Shown here in pieces: positions 9,151-20,300 of a stretch of DNA of 64,000 bases. Numbering within the stretch: the stretch's first letter is position 1; every line of letters starts with the position of its first letter. Origin of the DNA: Candidatus Atribacteria bacterium UBA6251 (GTDB taxonomy: Bacteria; Atribacterota; Phoenicimicrobiia; Phoenicimicrobiales; Phoenicimicrobiaceae). The position numbers and the translations under genes are program-made. Under the pieces are notes generated by a model. The model had not been told where the DNA came from, did not search any database, and worked only from the letters and a program-made list of their open reading frames with translations. The stretch lies in the NCBI GenBank assembly GCA_002441285.1, contig DJVR01000045.1, positions 1,144 through 65,143 on the forward strand, written 5' to 3'.

Positions 9151-9239
9151 ACCTTCCTTATTTATCTAATTTAAAAGTAAAATATTAATTTTCTAAGAAA
9201 ATGGGATGTGTTACTATTTTAATAATATAATCATAAGGA

Positions 9240-10147
9240 TTAGTCACAATTAAGACTTTCCCAGTCAATATCTTTACGAGGTAAATTGTTATTTAGTGGT
9301 GGAACTTCTCCATGCATTTTAAAATAGCACTTTAATAATCGTTCCTCCTCCTTCTTAATTTCACTTTCATTCCGCAACTTCTTAAAGGAATATTGGATTT
9401 TACAATCATTGTACCTTCCCATAAAGTTAAAGTTGGCATATTTCTTTTCGTGTATAAGCCACACAAAACTGACGGTCCTCTTTAATTTTGCTCTCTGGAA
9501 ATGACGAACCCTGTGCCTTGGCAAGCTTCATCCACTCCCTGAGGATACCCCAGTAGATAGACTGCTCGCGATGAACCAGTAACTTATTAACCCGTCCAAA
9601 GATGTTTCTAAATTCCCAGTAAACGATGAAATCCCAGGGAGTATTCTTGAATCGAACCAACTCGCTCATGTCATGCAGTGAAATCACATGGATGGGTACC
9701 TGTGCTGAGCTGAACAGTGATGGCTCGAGTTCTCTCGGATCATAGGGTTCAGAATCATGCTTGATGACTATTATGCCATGGTAATACTTTACACCCAACG
9801 AGGACCACGATACTTTTCCTCGCCAAGAATTTCTAATATTAGGGACCGAGCCGCTAACAAGTGACTGATAGTTTCTCATTATCTGATAAGTGCCTTCCCT
9901 CAATTTTGCACTGATCCAGTCTTTGCTGGTAGGTTCAACTTTGTTACGAGTTTTAGCTTCGAATATTAGACATACATCCCCGAATATGAATAGCACATCG
10001 CCCAATTCCTGACCCTTGTACCCAGGGTTTGAGGAAGGTCCAAAAACCAAGCAAGTGGGGAGCTAACAGGTAGTAAAGAACATTATCTGTTCGTTCGCCG
10101 ACAGGCATTCTTAGGAGCCTTGCCTTCACCGAATCATCTAGAAACAT
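9240..10147 (-). pseudogene. frameshifted nuclease-like gene (PD-(D/E)xK/NERD-like core)
   Basis: Three overlapping ORF pieces (9953-10147, 9427-10050, 9240-9524) lie in different frames on the same strand. The middle piece carries GDVCLIFEAKT (D...ExK). The segment is visibly more GC-rich than its surroundings. Confidence 0.6.
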
Positions 10148-10351
10148 ACTTAACCCAACCTTAATTAACGATATTTTTTGCCTAAGGATTTGTGTAACCT
10201 GCGTGCGGGCTGAGCTGTGCAGATATTTTTTGAATTAAATCAAATTTCTGATAACGAATCCAAACTTCCTAAACCTGACGCGCCCTGTACTTCAAGTTAA
10301 CACAATTATTATGCCATATTTCTTCATTCTCTAAATGTTATATCAACTAAT

Positions 10352-10535
10352 GGATGTTCCATCTTATAGAAAATAGGAACATCCTATTTTTTTATGGTTT
10401 AGCTTTCCATTTTACGAGGTCTTCCTTTAGGACGTCTATCTATATTAAAACCTAAAGCCTCAACCATCCGATTAAGAAACTCCTCAAACCTTATAGTTTT
10501 TCCATTAAAAGCTACAGAATTATTGAACTAACATA
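10352..10535. repeat. direct repeat copy 2 (alternative hairpins plus remnant ORF tail)
   Basis: GGATGTTCC...GGAACATCC and AAAATAGGA...TCCTATTTT hairpins. On the minus strand a remnant tail reads ...FNGKTIRFEEFLNRMVEALGFNIDRRPKGRPRKMES*. It is homologous to 9027-9150. Confidence 0.6.
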
Positions 10536-10655
10536 GCTTATCTATTTAGTACTTATGGTAAGAAAATATGGTCCTATTTACTCAAACACTAAAAAAATTA
10601 TTTATTCTTTAATTTATTAGAATGTTAAAAATATTTTGTAATAATATTGTTATAA

Positions 10656-10889
10656 TTAATGTTCCTTATCTTTTGATGGACAAGGATCATTACCATAGCT
10701 ATCTTTGCTTCTTATTTTACCTTCGCGATTTTGTATATATAATTCAGATTTTTGATTTTCAGCAATTCTTTTAGCAATATCTATTGCTTCTTTTTGAGTT
10801 TTTGTAACTTTTGTTGCTCTTTTATTCCCTTCTCCTTTAATAGCCCAACCTTTAGGATGTACGGTTACCCATTGATTTTTCTTTGTCAT
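10656..10889 (-). CDS. DUF2188-family small protein
   Basis: 77 aa (WVTVHPKGWAIKGEGNKRATKVTKTQKEAIDIAKRIA...YGNDPCP) that matches my recollection of the DUF2188 pattern. Confidence 0.6.
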   Translation of the reverse strand: MTKKNQWVTVHPKGWAIKGEGNKRATKVTKTQKEAIDIAKRIAENQKSELYIQNREGKIRSKDSYGNDPCPSKDKEH

Positions 10890-10919
10890 TTTTTATTAAC
10901 TCCTATTAAAATAATTTAT

Positions 10920-11432
10920 TCAAGGAAAAACCTTAATTTCCTTTTTACTATATTTTTCAAGAAATTCAGAAGGTGTAAATATTTCTTTTCTTATTCCACA
11001 TTCTTCTCTTATTCGCTTTAACTGAGCTCTAAATTGGCGTAGATATTTATAATCAGTAGTTAAGTAATAATTCGAATAAATTGTTGAAACAATAAAATTT
11101 TTTGAATCAATCCCGTCTTTATCTTGCATTATTTTTATTAGACAATCTATTTGTTTGTCTAATATTTCATTATGTTTTTTAGTTACTACAACTGGCCATA
11201 ATCTCCATGCAGATCCCATCTTTTTTCTTACTGCTTCTCTTTTGATATTACCTGAACCCGATTCTTCAATCATAGTAGTAGAAATTGGAATACCAATCTC
11301 AAAAATACCTTTATGATCTAATTCAATTATCTGAAGAAATGCATTATTATCTTCCATTTTATTATCTGGTAAATTTGAATCAACTAAATCGCCTAGTACA
11401 AAGTTGTCTACTGTAATAGGAATCTTATCCAA
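10920..11432 (-). CDS. hypothetical protein (170 aa)
   Basis: ORF co-directional with res/mod, 30 bp upstream of the DUF2188 gene. No family was recognised. Confidence 0.5.
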   Translation of the reverse strand: MDKIPITVDNFVLGDLVDSNLPDNKMEDNNAFLQIIELDHKGIFEIGIPISTTMIEESGSGNIKREAVRKKMGSAWRLWPVVVTKKHNEILDKQIDCLIKIMQDKDGIDSKNFIVSTIYSNYYLTTDYKYLRQFRAQLKRIREECGIRKEIFTPSEFLEKYSKKEIKVFP

Positions 11433-11508
11433 TTTTTATATCCCATTATTATCTTTATTTCAAAACCTTTAAAATTAATATGATTATTGCCTAATAGAAG
11501 ATCTGTGT

Positions 11509-12312
11509 TCAGCTACTATATCTATCTTCTCTTTTCTTTAATTCCTTTTCAACTTCTTCTTTAATGGCAACTTCGGTTAAAAGTTTATATTTTGAATCTT
11601 TTGGTCTTCGAAAGGGAACCTTGGTATCAAATATATCTCCAAATAATGAATTCATTAACACAATCCGATAATCAAATAAATAGCATTGAATAGTAAAAAG
11701 ATTATCACTTATTTCATCGCATTTCTTAGTAAACTCAGAATTGCCTTTTTTGGTTAATAAATCTTTAATTGTTTTCTGAAAAAAGTATTTTTGAAAATCA
11801 ATAATTAATTCTTTAACATCTTCGGTTTTAAACTGAATATACTTTTTTAAGTGGTCAAATTGAATTACCCCGATTTCATTTGATTCAATAATCAAGCTAA
11901 GATTTGATATGCCTTTTAAAATGTTTACAACTTGTTGATTTATTTGAAAATCAATTTCAACTTTATTGAATTTTTGTATTTCTGAATATTTTTCATGCAA
12001 TAATAATTTACTCTTTAAATCAATATAATAAACCGAAATATTACCTATTAAATGTGAAAAGTTATAAATCTCTTTATTTATTTCTCTAAATGCATCTATT
12101 TCTAAAGATTTTTTAAACTCTTCTTTCTTAGCAATTTGATTATCTCTTCTGTTTTTTTGTAAATAATTTATTGCTATTAGTAATGCGATTAACCATCCAA
12201 CGATATTACTAAAATTAGTAAATTTTCCATGATAAAAATATTCTATTATCCCATAAGTTAATATAATCAATAAGGATATGAATATAAAAATATTATCCCA
12301 AAATACTTTCAT
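11509..12312 (-). CDS. hypothetical membrane-anchored protein (two N-terminal TM helices)
   Basis: 267 aa with hydrophobic segments IFIFISLLIILTYGII and IVGWLIALLIAINYL, followed by a helical soluble region. It starts 31 bp after the res stop. Confidence 0.55.
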   Translation of the reverse strand: MKVFWDNIFIFISLLIILTYGIIEYFYHGKFTNFSNIVGWLIALLIAINYLQKNRRDNQIAKKEEFKKSLEIDAFREINKEIYNFSHLIGNISVYYIDLKSKLLLHEKYSEIQKFNKVEIDFQINQQVVNILKGISNLSLIIESNEIGVIQFDHLKKYIQFKTEDVKELIIDFQKYFFQKTIKDLLTKKGNSEFTKKCDEISDNLFTIQCYLFDYRIVLMNSLFGDIFDTKVPFRRPKDSKYKLLTEVAIKEEVEKELKKREDRYSS

Positions 12313-12343
12313 AAGCCCATCTTTCTTTAATAGCTACTTCTTT

Positions 12344-15172
12344 TTACTTAACCCAAATTACTCCTTTTTGTAAATTGCTGAACCATAGATCGTAGTCCAT
12401 TGGTCTTAATAGTTCAAATGTGTAAAGGGTAGAGATGTCATCTTGAAATTCTTCGGAGAAATCGATAGGATTTGCTGATCTTAGTTTTTCATTCAATCTT
12501 TTAAAATGGTCTTTCCCCCATTTTTCTTTCGCGCGGGTAATTTCTTCCTGGTCTTCATCAGATTTAATTTCTACTGCCCGGATGATATTATTTATGCCTT
12601 TATCTTGTAATTGACGCAGGTCAGTTAAATTTATTTCCGGATTATCAGAAATTAATCTATCTATATAGCTTTCTAAATTTATTTTAACAAAGAAATCGGG
12701 ATTAAAACTCCTGCGGGTACGGTCTTTCCCTCCTTTAAAAAATTCATAATCAATGCTGTAAAATCCCATATCTCGAGATTTAATCCAGGAGGTTATATAT
12801 TTAGCATTTTCAATCAAATTGAAAACAAAAAATCTTTCTGGCTCATGAGAAACAATCACTAAATTTTGAGGAGTTTTAAATACGGAAGTGTTAACCACAT
12901 AAAGTAGTTTATCTTTTATTAGCCGGTGGAAATAGTCTGATTTTTCTTGGGGTATAAAGTCATATAGACTTAATTGATTGCTGGGCTTTTCTTTGAATCT
13001 TTTTACTAAATAATCAATAACAAACTTATTTTCTTCCTCTAATTCTCCCTGATAATCTTCGGAGATAAACACACTTGTATATTTTTCCAGCTCTCCGGAA
13101 CGGACACTTGAAGCCTCCATATCTTCAGTCCTAATCTCTTTAAAATTACCATCTATATTTATTCTTTTTGCCTTCTTAGTACCCTGAGGAAGAAATTGAT
13201 TGAAAAATAGATCTATTTGTTTGTGGTTATTTTTTGATAATTTATCCTCTCGAAACCCAGCATTTTTCATAGCAATTTTAATTATTTTTTCTATATCATC
13301 AATATCAGGTAATCTGTCTATAATCATTCCCTCTCCAAAATCAAAATGCTTGTTTTCAAATTGGCGATATTTGAATCTATCTGCTATTTCTGAAGCCACT
13401 TCATCAATTGAATAAAATTCCTTGGTTAGATTAAATCTTTTTTGGTCTAATAGATAATCCACTTTGAGATTTAATTTTTCCGAAGGGCAGGTTAAAATTA
13501 AGGTTCTATCCCTAAGGTCTTGCTTTAAAGCAGGAGCTCCCTCTATTTTCTCACCTGGTAGATATTCTAAATTAAAGAGATTAAAATTATATTTTGCCCG
13601 AGGACTATTTTTAAAAACATGAGATACAAAACGGGTTTCACAATCAGTAACTGCAAAAAGTAACTCTTTAATATGTTCGGCAAATTTCTCATGGTTAGTT
13701 ACGGTAACTACCGGATATCTTGCTTGAATTAGACTGTTTGGTACTTTTCGAGGTAATCTTAACCCTCTCCCTAAAACTTGTGAAATTAAAAGTTTTGATT
13801 TAAATACTCTTTCCTCCATGGGAACAATCTGATAAACATTATCTACATCCCAACCTTCTGATAATTTATTTACTGCAAAGATAAATTCTACTTTGCCTCC
13901 CGGCTTTTCAGGATTGAGCTCTTCTATCTGTTCCAATTTTTCCTGATAATCATCATCAGTAGGTTTGCTGATTACGCAAATTACTTTTTCTCTAGCCAAC
14001 GAATATAATTGGGAAATCGATAAATCTTGATATTCTGGCCGGGTATTCTTTAAATATTCACACAAAGCTTTAATAAATTCCTCAGTATTTTTCTGGGCAC
14101 TTGCCTGAGTAGGATTAATGAAGATAGTAATTGGTTTTAAACGAGAGTTCCCATTTAACTTATAAGAATAATTTTCTTTGTTTTTATCGTGGGTAATTAA
14201 TATTTGTTCAAACTTTTGAAATTGGGAGACAGTTTCCTTTTCTCCCTCAATTTTGGTATGGATAATGGAATTTATTATTTTAATATATTTCTCTTCTATT
14301 GCATCTTTAATAGAATAATTACAAATTACGTCAGCAAAATATTCATCCTGATTATAGGGAGTACCAGTAAACCCAATATGTCTTTTTATTTTTGGTTCCT
14401 CTCTCAAAAATTTCATCCATAGGCGCTCATCTCTATTTTCTCCTCTTCCCCCTTCTTCTATAACATAAGCATTGCCACTAAAGGATAGATGGGAGTAGGC
14501 ATGATGTACTTCATCACTTAAAACTAAGATTTCATCGGTCTGGGAAAATAAGGTATCTCCAATTGAATTTCTATCTTTATTAAAAACTGCGTTAATATTC
14601 TCAATAACAATTGAATTATCTACAATAGGATGATTCTCATCTAAAAGACTAATCGGGATATTACAATATTTTGGGGGAAGTTTTTGTTTTAATTTCTGAG
14701 CAGTCTGTCCATAAAGATATTCTCGAAATTTTCCTCTCAATCCCCTTTCAATTACCGTAGAAGAAGGACCCAAAACCAATACTCTTTTTACTTTTCCTAA
14801 AATAATCGATAGATAGGCTAAAGCAAACATTACATAGGATTTTCCAGTACCAGTAGCTAGATGCACCACTCCAGATAATCTATCTGGCAAAGGTAAATGC
14901 CTTATAAAATTCTCTTCACTCTGAAATCTTTGTTGAATCGCTCTTTTTTTTGCAAAATTTTCTCGAGCTAACTCGGAAATATCCTTATAACTTCCTCCCC
15001 AAAGATAAATCATCAACTCTTTGATTGCTTTAAACTGATAATCCCGGCTGCCCACTAATTCTCTAACAAAATCTTCTACTTCAGAAAAATCAAACTTATC
15101 ATAATTACATTTACGAACATCAATATCCAAAGTATGATTTGATAAATAAATTTTTTTAACTTTTTTCGGCAT
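12344..15172 (-). CDS. res: type III restriction enzyme Res subunit (SF2 helicase plus C-terminal PD-ExK endonuclease)
   Basis: 942 aa with Walker A LATGTGKSYVM and the DEAH-type box LSDEVHHA. The C-terminal nuclease pattern is NPDFFVKI...AVEIKSDED. It lies 20 bp downstream of mod. Confidence 0.85.
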   Translation of the reverse strand: MPKKVKKIYLSNHTLDIDVRKCNYDKFDFSEVEDFVRELVGSRDYQFKAIKELMIYLWGGSYKDISELARENFAKKRAIQQRFQSEENFIRHLPLPDRLSGVVHLATGTGKSYVMFALAYLSIILGKVKRVLVLGPSSTVIERGLRGKFREYLYGQTAQKLKQKLPPKYCNIPISLLDENHPIVDNSIVIENINAVFNKDRNSIGDTLFSQTDEILVLSDEVHHAYSHLSFSGNAYVIEEGGRGENRDERLWMKFLREEPKIKRHIGFTGTPYNQDEYFADVICNYSIKDAIEEKYIKIINSIIHTKIEGEKETVSQFQKFEQILITHDKNKENYSYKLNGNSRLKPITIFINPTQASAQKNTEEFIKALCEYLKNTRPEYQDLSISQLYSLAREKVICVISKPTDDDYQEKLEQIEELNPEKPGGKVEFIFAVNKLSEGWDVDNVYQIVPMEERVFKSKLLISQVLGRGLRLPRKVPNSLIQARYPVVTVTNHEKFAEHIKELLFAVTDCETRFVSHVFKNSPRAKYNFNLFNLEYLPGEKIEGAPALKQDLRDRTLILTCPSEKLNLKVDYLLDQKRFNLTKEFYSIDEVASEIADRFKYRQFENKHFDFGEGMIIDRLPDIDDIEKIIKIAMKNAGFREDKLSKNNHKQIDLFFNQFLPQGTKKAKRINIDGNFKEIRTEDMEASSVRSGELEKYTSVFISEDYQGELEEENKFVIDYLVKRFKEKPSNQLSLYDFIPQEKSDYFHRLIKDKLLYVVNTSVFKTPQNLVIVSHEPERFFVFNLIENAKYITSWIKSRDMGFYSIDYEFFKGGKDRTRRSFNPDFFVKINLESYIDRLISDNPEINLTDLRQLQDKGINNIIRAVEIKSDEDQEEITRAKEKWGKDHFKRLNEKLRSANPIDFSEEFQDDISTLYTFELLRPMDYDLWFSNLQKGVIWVK

Positions 15173-15192
15173 TTTTTATATCCTGCCTTCTC

Positions 15193-17328
15193 TTAAATTT
15201 TAGTAATTTTACTCTCATTACCATGTTTATCGATGGCAATGAGATAACTATTTTCCTTAAGATTTTCTACCTTGACTATCCCTTCTTTACTTATCTCTTT
15301 TTTATAAATGGCTAAATCCATATTAAATATTTTTCCATTATAATTTCTATCAATTAATAGCATAGATAACCCTTCTAAGCCTTCAAATCTTTTTTTACTT
15401 TTATCTAATATTTCTGTTTTAAATTGCGAAATCCTAAATCCTCCGCTTAGTCTTTCTACTTCAATCTTTATATCTTCGTTAAAATAGAACTCCGTGGAAG
15501 AAATTAATCTATTAATCTCTTCTTGGGAGCTAGGCTGTTCTTCAATCTGGAAATGACGGGATATATCCTCTAATACTTTATAAGGAAATTTTAATAGTTT
15601 GAAATTAACATCTTCATTATTACTGTTCTTTAAAGTAGTATTAGTTATGACTGTACAGGACTCTGGTGTAACTATATAATAATCCCCTTTTAATCTACCT
15701 CCTGTAGCGACAATAATTTCTTTCAGATAATCTTCGTCTATTTTAATATCTCTAAGATAATCATCTTTCCAGACGGGGTAGACTTCTACAGGATTATTAT
15801 CTTTTTCGGCATATATATTAGAAAGTTTATATTTTGAGGAATAATCTTTTTCGTCTCTCGCAATACCAAATAATCCTAATACAAAATTAATATAGGCGTC
15901 TTTATTTTTTCTTAAATTCATAATCCGGGAAAAATCATAAGCACCAGCAGAAATTATGGAAAAAGGCTGGGGCGGTTCCCCGTATTTTTCATTACTTTTT
16001 GCCTCTTGTCCTAATTTCTTAGAAGCAGCAATATTCCAAATTCTTTTCTGCATAGTGTAAATTGCGTGTTTACCAAAATCACACATAATCCAGCGCCGGC
16101 CTAATTTCTCAGCTACAGCAGCAGTAGTTCCGCTTCCAGCAAAAACATCCATAACCAAATCGTCTTCTTCGGAACAAGTACTAATTATTCTTTCAAGCAA
16201 TTCTTCTGAATTTTCTGTTGGATAGCCAGTAATTCTTGAATAACCTTTTATATCTGTCCAGTCTGTGTTAGACAAAATATAATCGCGGGGTGGTATCCAA
16301 TACTTTACACTATTGTAACTATTCAAATGTTCTTCTTTTTTTACGAATTCCTTAGTTTTACCAGTTCTTTTCCAATAAATATCTAATGGTAAATTCTGTT
16401 GTTTATATTCCCCATAATTTTTAATAGCTGCTTCTGTCCTTTCTTTTTTCCATAACCATTGCCCTTTTTCTGGCTTAATTTCAAATATTTTATACCTCAA
16501 GTTTGGTCTATTGGTTGGTTTCCAAAAAGTATGCCAGTAACTTTTTGCATTATCTCCAGCTTCTTTCATAAAGGCTTTAAACCTTGAACTTGTTTTTTTT
16601 GAATACCAATAAATACTATCTGTAGCAACATTCATAGATTTTTGAGTTTCAAATTGTGTATTCAATGCACCTTGCCTAGTTCTACTAACAATTATTTCGT
16701 TTCTAAAATTATCTCTACCAAATATTTCATCAGCAATTACTTTTATATAATGTCCAAAATGATAATCCATTCTTATAAAAATTGCTCCATTATTACTCAA
16801 TATCTCTCGTAAATAAATCAATCTTTCTCTTAAAGCTTCAATATATTCAGCGCCCATTAATTTCGCACTGTAACTCATTTCTCCATTGCTTCCACCATAC
16901 TCATCACCGGTACCGAATGGTGGGTCTATATAAATCAATTTCACTTTTCCTTTTACTTTATCTCTAATTAAAGGGTCCTGGTTTAAATAGCAGGTCTTTA
17001 AAAATTGCAAATTATCTCCTTGTACTATCATATTGTACCATTCATTATCTTTGGTTTCTCCGAATCTCCTCACTATTTGCAAAGGGGCAGCACCTCCGGT
17101 AAGAGCAGCCTGTGCTAGAATAACTGATTCCGGTCTTTTGCCAGCATACTCAATAGTGGGAATCTTAAATTTATTTAATTTCTGATAATCAAACTGCCCT
17201 TCTCGTTGAAGTTTTTCAAAAAAACCAGGAGATAGTTTAACCAGCAAATTTTCCGGAATTTCTGTTTGATTATTTATACATTCACTCAGTTTCTGCAAAT
17301 CATCTTCACTAAGATTTATCTTTGTCAT
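15193..17328 (-). CDS. mod: type III DNA methyltransferase Mod subunit (beta-class N6A/N4C MTase)
   Basis: 711 aa. Motif IV IYIDPPFGTG lies upstream of motif I VMDVFAGSGTTAAVAEKLGRRWIMCD (beta permutation). The mod-res gene order is typical of type III. Confidence 0.85.
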   Translation of the reverse strand: MTKINLSEDDLQKLSECINNQTEIPENLLVKLSPGFFEKLQREGQFDYQKLNKFKIPTIEYAGKRPESVILAQAALTGGAAPLQIVRRFGETKDNEWYNMIVQGDNLQFLKTCYLNQDPLIRDKVKGKVKLIYIDPPFGTGDEYGGSNGEMSYSAKLMGAEYIEALRERLIYLREILSNNGAIFIRMDYHFGHYIKVIADEIFGRDNFRNEIIVSRTRQGALNTQFETQKSMNVATDSIYWYSKKTSSRFKAFMKEAGDNAKSYWHTFWKPTNRPNLRYKIFEIKPEKGQWLWKKERTEAAIKNYGEYKQQNLPLDIYWKRTGKTKEFVKKEEHLNSYNSVKYWIPPRDYILSNTDWTDIKGYSRITGYPTENSEELLERIISTCSEEDDLVMDVFAGSGTTAAVAEKLGRRWIMCDFGKHAIYTMQKRIWNIAASKKLGQEAKSNEKYGEPPQPFSIISAGAYDFSRIMNLRKNKDAYINFVLGLFGIARDEKDYSSKYKLSNIYAEKDNNPVEVYPVWKDDYLRDIKIDEDYLKEIIVATGGRLKGDYYIVTPESCTVITNTTLKNSNNEDVNFKLLKFPYKVLEDISRHFQIEEQPSSQEEINRLISSTEFYFNEDIKIEVERLSGGFRISQFKTEILDKSKKRFEGLEGLSMLLIDRNYNGKIFNMDLAIYKKEISKEGIVKVENLKENSYLIAIDKHGNESKITKI

Positions 17329-17348
17329 AATATTCCCTCTTTTTTATT

Positions 17349-20300
17349 TTAATTTTCTTTAAAACTTAATTTTTTAACTAATAAATTATTTAAAATATCC
17401 AATTTTGTTTGATTTTTTTCTTGAGGAAGTAGAATGAACTTATTAATCCTTAAAAAACTATATCCGTAGCTTTCCAATTCCAGCTGGCGCTGGATATCGT
17501 ATTCAAGATATTCCTGAGAAAAATTATGTTTAGTAATTATTTCAGGATTTTTAGTATGATATTCTATTCCATCATATTCTAATATAAGAGATTTTTCTTC
17601 TCCGTGATGGGAAAAGATTATTAGAAAATCCACCCGATATTTAGGGATATATTTATTGTATGTTTTTTGTATATATTCCCCGATGGGGAATTGGGCAATT
17701 ATTTTTATTTTGTTCCGATTGGTTTTATAAAAATCAGTCTGAATTAATAAATTATAGAGGTCTTTTTCTGCAGGAGAACCAAATATTGTCTCATCAGTTA
17801 TATAATTATCAATAGCACTTTTTTGAATTTCTTGATAAAATTTTAAGGCATCACCCATGCGTGTATTAGAATACTCTTCCAAAGGCATACTGTGTACTAT
17901 AACCATAGTATCTTTAGCCCGGCTAAATCCTACATTTAATCTTTGCATCTTTAAACTGCGAATAGAATCTGCTCTTCCTTCTATTACCGGATAGATAGTA
18001 CGTAGATCTGCATTACCAATTGTTTTATCTTCTACCAAAGAATAATAAACTATATCTCTTTCTTCTCCCTGCACATCACCTACAAACCAGATTACTAATT
18101 TATGTTTTTTAGATAATCGATGGTAATTAGGTAATTCTTTTCGTAATATTTCCTCCATTCGATATTTTTGTTCTCTAAAGGAAGTAATAATACCAATTGT
18201 ACCTTTAAATCCATTGGCAATTATGTTTTGTATATCTTCTTTTATAGCTATTATTTCATCTAAGTTAACATTATTTCCTGAATTGCCTTTGGTATCCACT
18301 TTAATAAAACGTAAAACTTCATTAATGGGTTTAGTTCGAATGCGGTTAACGATTAAGGGAATCTGGCTGGGTCGATAGAAATATTCATTAGAATATTCAA
18401 TTATCTCCGGGAAACTCCGGAAATGAATATCCAAAGAAGTACTATAATTTTTTAGAGCTTTAGCAAAATTGAGCGTAGATGTCCGAATACTAAAAGTTTT
18501 TAACCATTCTTTAGTACCTTCTTCGGGCTTGTATATTGGCTCAATAAATTGCTCGTCCGGATTTACATCTAATGATGCTTCGGCTGTTATTTTTTCTTTT
18601 TCTTTTTCATCAAAGGCTATCTGATAATCTTTAGCATAATTATCTAAAATTTCTTTAAAATATTGATCTGAATATCTCTTGCTAACATTATATGCCCCCA
18701 CTGCTCCATATTGATATTCGTCACCAAAGACTACCATTTGCTTGGCCCTTAATAATAGAGAGATTGATTCGGCAATAGATACCTGAGAAGCTTCATCTAT
18801 TACTAAAAGGTCAATAGAATCTTCTTCCATTGGAAAGTATTTGGAAATTAAATCTGGTTCGGCAATAATGCAGGAAATATTTTCTAATAGAACTTTTAAT
18901 TCTTTAGGTGTCAATCTTTTGCCTGCTTTCATGCTAACGATAATTCTTTCTTTTTCAGTGGAAAAATTATTGAGATTTTTTATCCGCTGGTCATTAATAT
19001 TTTCTAATTTTTTATGGAGTGTTTGGTAATATTCTTTGATGACTTCTTGGTCAGGGAGATTAAATACTTCTTTTTGATTTAATTCTGTAAATAATTGGAT
19101 ATAATTTAAAACTTTATTGGGAATATCTTTCTCTGAAAATAACTCGTTTAAACTTTGTAAATCATCAAAATATATACCTACTTCTGATAGAATTGATGAA
19201 AAATATTTCTTTAAGATTTGCAGAGAAGAAAGGGTGTCGGAGTTTAAATTATCAATCAAATCTTTTATTTTACTTAACAGATGGAAAAGTTGTTTAATGT
19301 CTTCTTTAGTTAAATTTAATGATTGTAATGCTGGTGTTAACAATTTACGATTCGAAATATAGGTTTTAATATCTTTTAATTTAGAAATTCCAGATTTAAG
19401 TTCTTTTATAGTAATTGTTGATTTTTCTTTAGAGGCTAAATAAAAAATATTAGTTAATATACTATCGTATTCCAATTTTTCTAATAAATTTAAATTATTA
19501 TGGAATTCTTGATTATTTTTTATTTTCATTTTTATGAACATAGAACGGTATTTTAATTTTTCTTTATCTGTAAAAATTAAAGAATCGGGTTTTAAATTTT
19601 CGGCTATCTTAGAAAATAATTCTGAAAATTGGTCGAGATTTTTAAAATCATAATTCTTTAGATTATTTACTTCTGTTTTTTTTAGCGGTAAATTTTTTAT
19701 GTTTTGACAAGCGGTTAACCAATCAACTATTAGGCTTGATTTTTGGTAAAGAAAATTTAATTGATTTAAACTTAAATTACTTAAATCGTTTTCTTTTATT
19801 TTAATGATAAGCTCTCTTATAAGATCAAAATTAATATTTTCGTCTTTTTGTAGCTTATGAGGAGATTGATTTTCTTTAATTATGGATTTTTCTTGTAATT
19901 CTTTTTCTATTTGTTCGAAATTTAATAATTTAGAAATATATTCTTGGTAATTTTCGGAATTAGCCCAAAAATCATTATTCTGTTCTTCAATAATTTGATG
20001 CCAATTAGCAAGGTCCTTTTCAACCGCTTCTTCATTAAATTGATTAACTCTTTTATTTGATGCTGAAATAACCGGGTCAGAGAGTGTATTCTCAAAATTG
20101 TTAATGCTAATATCGTCTCGAGATATTCTTAAGATAGAAGGCTTAGACTCCGGATGCAATGCTCTAAATTTATCAGTCATCATCCGGTCAATTACATCGA
20201 GGGCTGCTTTTTTGTGAGAAGTAACCACAATTGATTTATTTTTCTGATTGGCCCAATAAGTAATCGCAGCTATTGTATAAGATTTTCCTGTTCCGGGGGG

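Noticed and set aside
9240-10147. Three separate small genes (64, 207 and 94 aa)
   Set aside because: The pieces overlap end to end in shifted frames on one strand and read as a single nuclease-like protein. They are better explained as one frameshifted pseudogene.
14941-16600. Homopolymer runs (T8-type tracts near 14945 in res and 16592 in mod) as phase-variation switches of the type III system
   Set aside because: Runs of this length are common throughout this very AT-rich sequence, so they have no specific support without population data.
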